DNA from: Tubiluchus corallicola | Taxonomy: Eukaryota > Animalia > Priapulida | Direction of reading: 5' to 3' | DNA length: 17,063 bases | Assembly (NCBI GenBank): GCA_030141605.1 | Contig: JAQGDQ010002041.1 | Span: 1-17,063, forward strand | In this document: positions 11,111-17,063 of the stretch, piece by piece | How positions within the stretch are numbered: the first letter of the stretch is position 1 | How the letters are laid out: the number at the start of each line of letters is the position of its first letter | The notes under the pieces: model-generated | Told to the model about the DNA's origin: nothing | The model's input: the letters and a program-made list of their open reading frames with translations, nothing else | The model's database searches: none | Translations under genes and position numbers: made by a program

Positions 11111-11998
11111 ATTATAGTTATTTATTTTATTGACATTTAAAAATGATACAGCACACAACAGGGTTAGTAAACAACAAGTATATATACGCAAAGATAAGAG
11201 TTAAGCATATTATAAAATAATTATTTTCTTACAAGATCATAAATTGATTTCTTGACAGTACTTTTTACATTGTAATTAAAGTACAAAGAACAACCATATT
11301 TTAATCGCAAGTTAAATTTGCTACCATTGATAATAGTATCAGACTCGAATATTGAATTTTTCTTGAAAAGTCAAAGCACAAGAAAACCCTCCGCTTACAT
11401 AAAGCTTAGAAAATTCATCTTCAAATCTTATACCACTTAAGCAAATTTAATAAGTGGTAAATTTTGCAAATGCACGCCATTTTGTAAATTTCAACTCCCG
11501 CGATGACGATTTTAATGGTTGCTTGTTTGAAACAAGTTTTGAAAACATTGCATATATGAAGTTTGAAAAAATAATCAGAGCTTTCATGGCGCGCATGTTG
11601 CTAACTAAGTAAAATTTTAAATTACTGGAAGGGGAAGCCAGCGACATTTTGTCAATTGACACGAACATTTTAAATTATTATTTCTAGTTACAGCTACTGG
11701 CGTATTACTACGGAAAGGGTACTTATAAAGCAGGTTTCAGAAAAATTGCCTTAAAAATTATCACTTTACAGCAATCTGTTTGTATATTGTACTCTACTGA
11801 AGGGATTTTTAGTTTGTTTCATTTTAAACGACCCTCCATAAATTATTGTGTAATTTGACAAACACAATTCCGCAGTAATACATCAGTAGCTTGACGCTTT
11901 CATTTTGTCTGTACTTAAATTTTTTTTCAAACCATATCCAGCTGATTTTGTGACGTGCTTATTTGTGAAACAGAGTGAATATAATCATGTTTTTCCAG

Positions 11999-12062
11999 TT
12001 ATTGGCAACAAAGGCCCTTGGAATTCCAGCTAACAGGATTGTGTCAAAAGTTAAGCGAATGG
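11999..12062 (+). CDS. XDH: XDH exon 7 in window
   Basis: Acceptor tttttccAG; LLATKALGIPANRIVSKVKRM-G, the segment that directly precedes the GGGFGGKE motif; donor GTAGGT at 12063, phase 0/1. Next exon not found in the window. Confidence 0.9.
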
Positions 12063-12089
12063 GTAGGTACAATGGATTATCAGTCTAGT

Positions 12090-13018
12090 TACTAGTTTTT
12101 TAACTTCTACAGGACCGCACTGTTCACAATAGGTCTTATAAGACCTATGACTTTTTTGCTACTGTATTAGTACAGACACAACTAAATGATTACAAATTAG
12201 GCACTGTTAAATTCAGGGGAACATCGGCTATGCAATCATGCTGTTTGTTTAAACATTTATAAGTGATTTAATTAAATAAAATTTAGAAAAGTGCACCATT
12301 TTCAAGCACTCCAACTTAGGCTATTGAGTAGATTAGTCTGGTTTACACTTGCGTGATTGTACACAGTATTTTATTGATCCCTTGCTTTCTACATCTCAAG
12401 ACAACCATGACTTTTATGCTACTGTATGAGCACAGACATAACTAAACGATTACAAATTAGGAACTATTCTATTCACGAGAATCTCAGCTATCCAGTCATG
12501 GTATTTGTTTAAACATCTGTCAGTGATTTAATTGGATAAATTTAAGAAAAACACGCCCTTATCAGCAACTCCAATTGAGCTTATTGAGTAGCTGAGTCTG
12601 GTGTACACTTGCATGATCCTACACAATATTTTATTGATCACCCACTTGCTACAGCCCAAGAGAATTGTGCAGGGTTCCAGGAAAAACAAACAATCTGGCA
12701 AGGACAAGTTAAGGCCGTTTTCGTCTTTTAACAAGAATTTTCCCTTAAATATCGAGTAGACTTGAGGTCAAAGTGTATCAGAGTGTTTTGTCTGGATAGT
12801 TGAATTTTTCTGCATTAGCTGATTTCACACAAGTGATACTGTACATTGTTATAGTGCAAATACTGCAGTTACTGAAAGCTTTTTTTTAATTTATTCAACA
12901 AAAATCAATTTTTAATTTGTCTAAGGTAAGTAAATGGATTTCATATATAATTCAGCATGAAAATCCATTGTGTGAGGAGTAGAAACCTACAAAAATTATC
13001 CAATATAACATAATCGCT
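12090..13018 (+). repeat. Interspersed repeat family A, forward copy with an internal ~230-bp tandem duplication
   Basis: Inverted match to ~281-927; ~12147-12379 is repeated at ~12407-12639 (atgactttt..gctactgta...ttttattgatc). Lacks the exon fragment. Confidence 0.88.
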
Positions 13019-13224
13019 GAAAATTAATAAAAGCACCTGCAGCGCACTTCAGTAACCAGGCAAAAGTACAAATAACTGTATCTTGTGAATATAATTAAGA
13101 ATATTTTTTTGGTTAATCAGTAGTGCACTGGGAAAATGCATCAATGACGTTTTACCGATTGGCGTGAACTTTTAAATTTACTAAATTTACTCTTTTCTAC
13201 TTACATAAGTCTTTCAAGCGTCTG

Positions 13225-13406
13225 CTGTACAGAGTTACAGGAAAAACCAACCGATCAGTCAAGGATAAACTAAGGTCGTCTCAAATTCCAACAGGAATTT
13301 CTGCTTAAAAATAGAATATACTTGAGGCCAAAGTATATCAGAGTGTTATGCCCGGACAGTTGAAATTTTCTGCATAAGCCGATTTCGTACAAGTGATACT
13401 GTACAC
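13225..13406 (+). repeat. Family A, more diverged partial copy
   Basis: Aligns with ~12665-12846 (caggaaaaac..., cttgagg.caaagt.tatcagagtgtt, caagtgatactgtaca). Confidence 0.8.
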
Positions 13407-13632
13407 TGAGTTCCCAAGTACAAATATTTGCTTAGAATTCGTGTAATACTTATTAAAGCATTGGATTTCTGATGACTAGATTTAACCAAATGAATAATGC
13501 ATTTCTAAGATGCACTTTGCTGTTTCTTATCACTTTCTTCTATCCAATCCCAAACCTTTCTTAAATACAAATCAACACTCCGAATTTCCGCCTCCTCCAA
13601 TATTCCTTCCCCCTGATTTGCTGCATGTGTTT

Positions 13633-15933
13633 TTAGCATAGCGCGGTACTTTTCACTAGACGAAAATCTGGTTCCATTAGACCTTTTTTTGATGGTATGG
13701 CATCAATATCTAATTTGTTGGCTATAGCACGTGCTGCGTCTTCTGCCAATGTTAACAATGGAATGCCACTCATTTCTTTATGTTTTAGATCTTCTAAGAT
13801 ATTGACATCATTTAGCAGTGGGTGAAACATTGTGCCTTCTCGGCAACAGTCCCCAATGTACTGGAATATAGAGACAGCTCGAGCTTTCAAGTTTTCTGTG
13901 CCCCAGTCATCTTTAGTGGTCACTACTTCATGCAAGAAGGCCACTTTTAACATGTAAGAGTCAATGACCTTATCTGGTTGATACTTTATTGCTCTGTATA
14001 ATTCTGGCAAGTTAGCATCTAAACTGACCAAACTGGTGTGGTATGCTGAAGCATCAGGATTGGGATATAAATGTATTTCTTTGTTGCAAGAATACAGGAC
14101 AGGCTTTACTAGCACCTTTATGAGGATCAACACCATCTTACGGCTGTTGTCTAAGTTCTTTATAAATTCACATTCAGCAACAGCAAATGTGGGTTCAATT
14201 TTTGTTTTTGATTCGTCTGGTTTGAGCACATAGTGATAACTGTTGACAAACTTTGGCCATTTATCATTGGCATTCTTTGGTACTCCCTCTTCTTCAGCAC
14301 ATGGTGTCACATCTACAGAGACTTGTGCTATTTTTTTGTTTGGCAACAGAACACATAATTTCAAACATGTACAGACTTTATTCCATTCCACTACATGTGG
14401 AAAGCTGTTTGGCACAATTTTTTCTTTAAATTTCTCTTCTTGCAAAGCTGTTGCCACGGCTCTGCACAGGGATTGGGAAAACATCTCCTTTAATTTTCGT
14501 AAATCTGCTGTGAAATCTCCGTGCAGCTTTTCATACTGTACCACAACAAAAAAGTCTAATTCATCTGGCTGGCCAATTTTTACTCCACAAGCCGAACTGC
14601 CGACCAGTATGGGCACAAATCTTATGCGATGATTTTCGTAAACAATTCTGCTAACAGCACCTAACAATTCCTCTATATTGGTTCTAATATCGTCGAATTC
14701 TTTTACATTTGAAATTGTTCCTAATCCAGGCTTAGAAACCAAGTCCTTTAGAGGCAATCCACAAATGTTTTTTGACACTGTTTCATCATCCCCTGTGACA
14801 GAAAGTTCTGAAGACACTTCTTGCCACATTTGAAAGTACCGATAAGAAAGAAAAAGTCCTGCAATTTGTTTGTAATTTCTGTTCAGTGCCTTTTCGTAAG
14901 CTCGTTGGATGCAAATATCATAAACCGTTTCATGAAGGATATTTAACATTTCAGTCTGAACTCCTATATCAATGAGGTATTTAACAACGTCTACACTTTG
15001 AGCTGACAAGTGAGCATTTAGACAAGCCAGATGAATTAGACTTCCTGTATTGTAAAGTTTATTTACTATCTGCCTTACTATTTCGCCTGAATGCCTCTCT
15101 AGCATATTTTCATATATTAATTTAACAACATCCAGTCTACCTTCCATACATGCTATGGTGAGTGGGGTCAAATCATCATTATTTTCTGCCAGAATGTCAC
15201 AGCCCGCAAAAATCAGAACTGCTGCACAATGAACATGTCCTTGCAATGCTGCCATATGCAGAGCGGTATAACCTGCTGTGTCTAGGTAGAAGACATTTGC
15301 ACCTTTGAGAAGCAGCAAAACAAGGGTTCCAAAGTGCCCTTGAAATGCTGCAGCATGGAGGGGCGGAGCACCATCAACTGAAATGTAAGGATGTTCATCA
15401 ATTTTGGCGCCATATTTAATTAACAGCTTCACTACTTCAGTGTGGCCTTCCGATGATGCATACTGTATAGGTCGTATTTTATACTTTTCTGAGAAGCCAT
15501 CAACTTCTGCTCCATGAACCAACAGCATTTCACAAATTTCTGTATGTCCTTCTGAAGCTGCTAATATTAAAGGCGAGTGTCCATTCCTTCTAGAAAGACA
15601 GTTTACGTCAGCACCCCGTTCAATGAGTTGCTGTGCAAGAAGAGTATGTCCCAAATAACATGCAACTTCAAGGGGGGTTACTTCTGCATAACCTAGACTT
15701 GAAAGTTTTATAGTGAATCGTGATAGACTTTCCATTTCTGCTCCTCTGTTGAGAAGTTCATGAACAAGCTCAGGCACGTTAAACTGCGTTGCAGAATGTA
15801 GCAGGTCGTTGAGCAACTCTGTTCCATCTTCATCAAATATAAGAACAAATTGGTAATTAACTAGTAACGCCTCGAGTAAAAATTTTTGTTCAGCGTCTAA
15901 CACACTGTCAATAAGTACCTTGATTCTTTCCAT
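13633..15933 (-). CDS. Ankyrin-repeat + Mab-21/cGAS-like nucleotidyltransferase (cGLR) fusion protein, 766 aa, single coding exon
   Basis: Uninterrupted ORF with an in-frame TGA five codons upstream of the ATG. aa ~37-345 hold about 8 ankyrin repeats (TPLEVACYLGH, SPLILAASEGH, PLHAAAFQGH, TALHMAALQGH, TPLTIACMEG). aa ~410-745 hold ILVGSS..GVKIGQPDELDF (G445 S446 E458 D460), VSVDVTP (D541), TFAVAECEFI..RKMVLILIK, DSYMLKVAFLH, DW...L and HPLLNDVNIL, collinear with cGAS/Mab-21 motifs. Confidence 0.92.
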   Translation of the reverse strand: MERIKVLIDSVLDAEQKFLLEALLVNYQFVLIFDEDGTELLNDLLHSATQFNVPELVHELLNRGAEMESLSRFTIKLSSLGYAEVTPLEVACYLGHTLLAQQLIERGADVNCLSRRNGHSPLILAASEGHTEICEMLLVHGAEVDGFSEKYKIRPIQYASSEGHTEVVKLLIKYGAKIDEHPYISVDGAPPLHAAAFQGHFGTLVLLLLKGANVFYLDTAGYTALHMAALQGHVHCAAVLIFAGCDILAENNDDLTPLTIACMEGRLDVVKLIYENMLERHSGEIVRQIVNKLYNTGSLIHLACLNAHLSAQSVDVVKYLIDIGVQTEMLNILHETVYDICIQRAYEKALNRNYKQIAGLFLSYRYFQMWQEVSSELSVTGDDETVSKNICGLPLKDLVSKPGLGTISNVKEFDDIRTNIEELLGAVSRIVYENHRIRFVPILVGSSACGVKIGQPDELDFFVVVQYEKLHGDFTADLRKLKEMFSQSLCRAVATALQEEKFKEKIVPNSFPHVVEWNKVCTCLKLCVLLPNKKIAQVSVDVTPCAEEEGVPKNANDKWPKFVNSYHYVLKPDESKTKIEPTFAVAECEFIKNLDNSRKMVLILIKVLVKPVLYSCNKEIHLYPNPDASAYHTSLVSLDANLPELYRAIKYQPDKVIDSYMLKVAFLHEVVTTKDDWGTENLKARAVSIFQYIGDCCREGTMFHPLLNDVNILEDLKHKEMSGIPLLTLAEDAARAIANKLDIDAIPSKKGLMEPDFRLVKSTALC

Positions 15934-17063
15934 ATCAACAATGAATCAAAAACACTTCTCACTGTAATCTTTTAGTCAGGTAGCAGAAAAACCAAAGTGG
16001 CTAATTTATATTGTGTATCAAAAATATCATACAAACAGCATACAAAATGGTCTTATGCTTTATTTTATTTTCAAGCACGTAAACTTGTACCAGATAGTAG
16101 AACGTTCTAGCAAATAATAATTCCACAAGCTGTGATAGTAAAATTTGTGCATATTGTTTATCTTGATATCAAGACTGACCTTTGTACCTTAATCACAGCA
16201 GACTTATGACCAAAAAACGTACAACTTATCTTGGCAAATAAGACGCAATTTGTCTAAGCGCTGTTATCAGATGTAAATAGGGAAACATGGAGCCTTGGAT
16301 AAATTGTTGCTGTATATTTAATTCTAAACGTGGACTCTTGATACAGTCTTTTAGGTTCATTTTGTTTATTTATTGGTGGCCATTACATATTTTCAAGGCT
16401 TGATAATGTAGTTGTACTCAAAATGAAAATATAATTATTATGGAGCTAGCAATAATTATATATGTACAAGAAAAATATACCCAGTCTATAGGTTGCTGTG
16501 ACGTCAGTCTGGAATATAAGAACTACGGAGCAGCATTGCAACCCCTTTTAATATAGTTGACTTTGTATTCTAGTATGATTTTGTGTATATCCTATACTTA
16601 GGTTGCATTAATAGCTTAATTTAGTTAATTACTTATGTTAATTGAATGAGTCATTAGTTAATTACTCATTAAGCGAATTTATCTACTACAATAAAGCAAG
16701 TAGTGACTGTACATATATGAGCATGCACCTAGTTAGCTCTGGGAAGGGTCCCACCTCATACCTGTCCTAGATCTCCTTTACAAGAAAGTAAGTGATTGGT
16801 CAAACGCTCAACTGAACAGGCTATCTGGCCAATGAATCGTCGTGTTAAAGGACAAGATCATCCAGTTTTACCTGTTCTAGAAATTGAAACCCGGTTCAAC
16901 ACAGCGTGTCGAACGTGCTAAGCCAGTGAAGTCATCGAATATGGCTTCCGATGAACATTCATTAATAATCGAAGTCAAGACTTAATTACTGTGGCGACAG
17001 AAAGTGATTAAAGGGCACTGACACACCAAAGGGTTAGGTGTTTGAGCCGTGAGGCGAAAACGC

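Noticed and set aside
10808-11191. Low-complexity ORFs on both strands
   Set aside because: Microsatellite translation artefacts; the same applies to the ORFs over the (CA)n tract and the 92-bp minisatellite.
12085-12120. Helitron-type CTAG terminus for family A on the - strand
   Set aside because: CTAG is present only in this copy and I found no convincing subterminal hairpin, so the family is left unclassified.
14036-14632. Two + strand ORFs (65 and 129 aa) as possible XDH exons
   Set aside because: Antisense shadows of the cGLR ORF; no XDH motifs such as GGFGGKE.
13633-15933. Bacterial CBASS CD-NTase or contaminant/endosymbiont ankyrin gene
   Set aside because: The C-terminal helical motifs (SYMLK, DW, HP..VNIL) are of the metazoan Mab-21 type, there is no operon or effector gene, and the 3' flank carries repeats shared with the host introns. 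A phylogeny would settle it.

Overview
AT-rich eukaryotic (most likely invertebrate animal) genomic DNA. The + strand carries seven consecutive GT-AG exons of a xanthine dehydrogenase/oxidase gene (end of the FAD domain to the start of the molybdopterin domain; both ends of the gene lie outside the window). After the last visible exon, an intronless 766-aa gene on the - strand (13633-15933) encodes about 8 ankyrin repeats fused to a complete Mab-21/cGAS-like nucleotidyltransferase (cGLR) with the catalytic motifs intact. It is a candidate innate-immune second-messenger synthase, probably nested antisense in an XDH intron. The introns contain a hAT-type MITE with perfect TIRs and an 8-bp TSD, LINE remnants, long compound microsatellites, a 92-bp minisatellite and two nested pairs of long inverted repeats. 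One repeat family is joined to the 3' end of XDH exon 5: that 54-nt exon end plus donor occurs four times in tandem and once inverted about 8 kb upstream. All calls come from manual reading; no searches were run.
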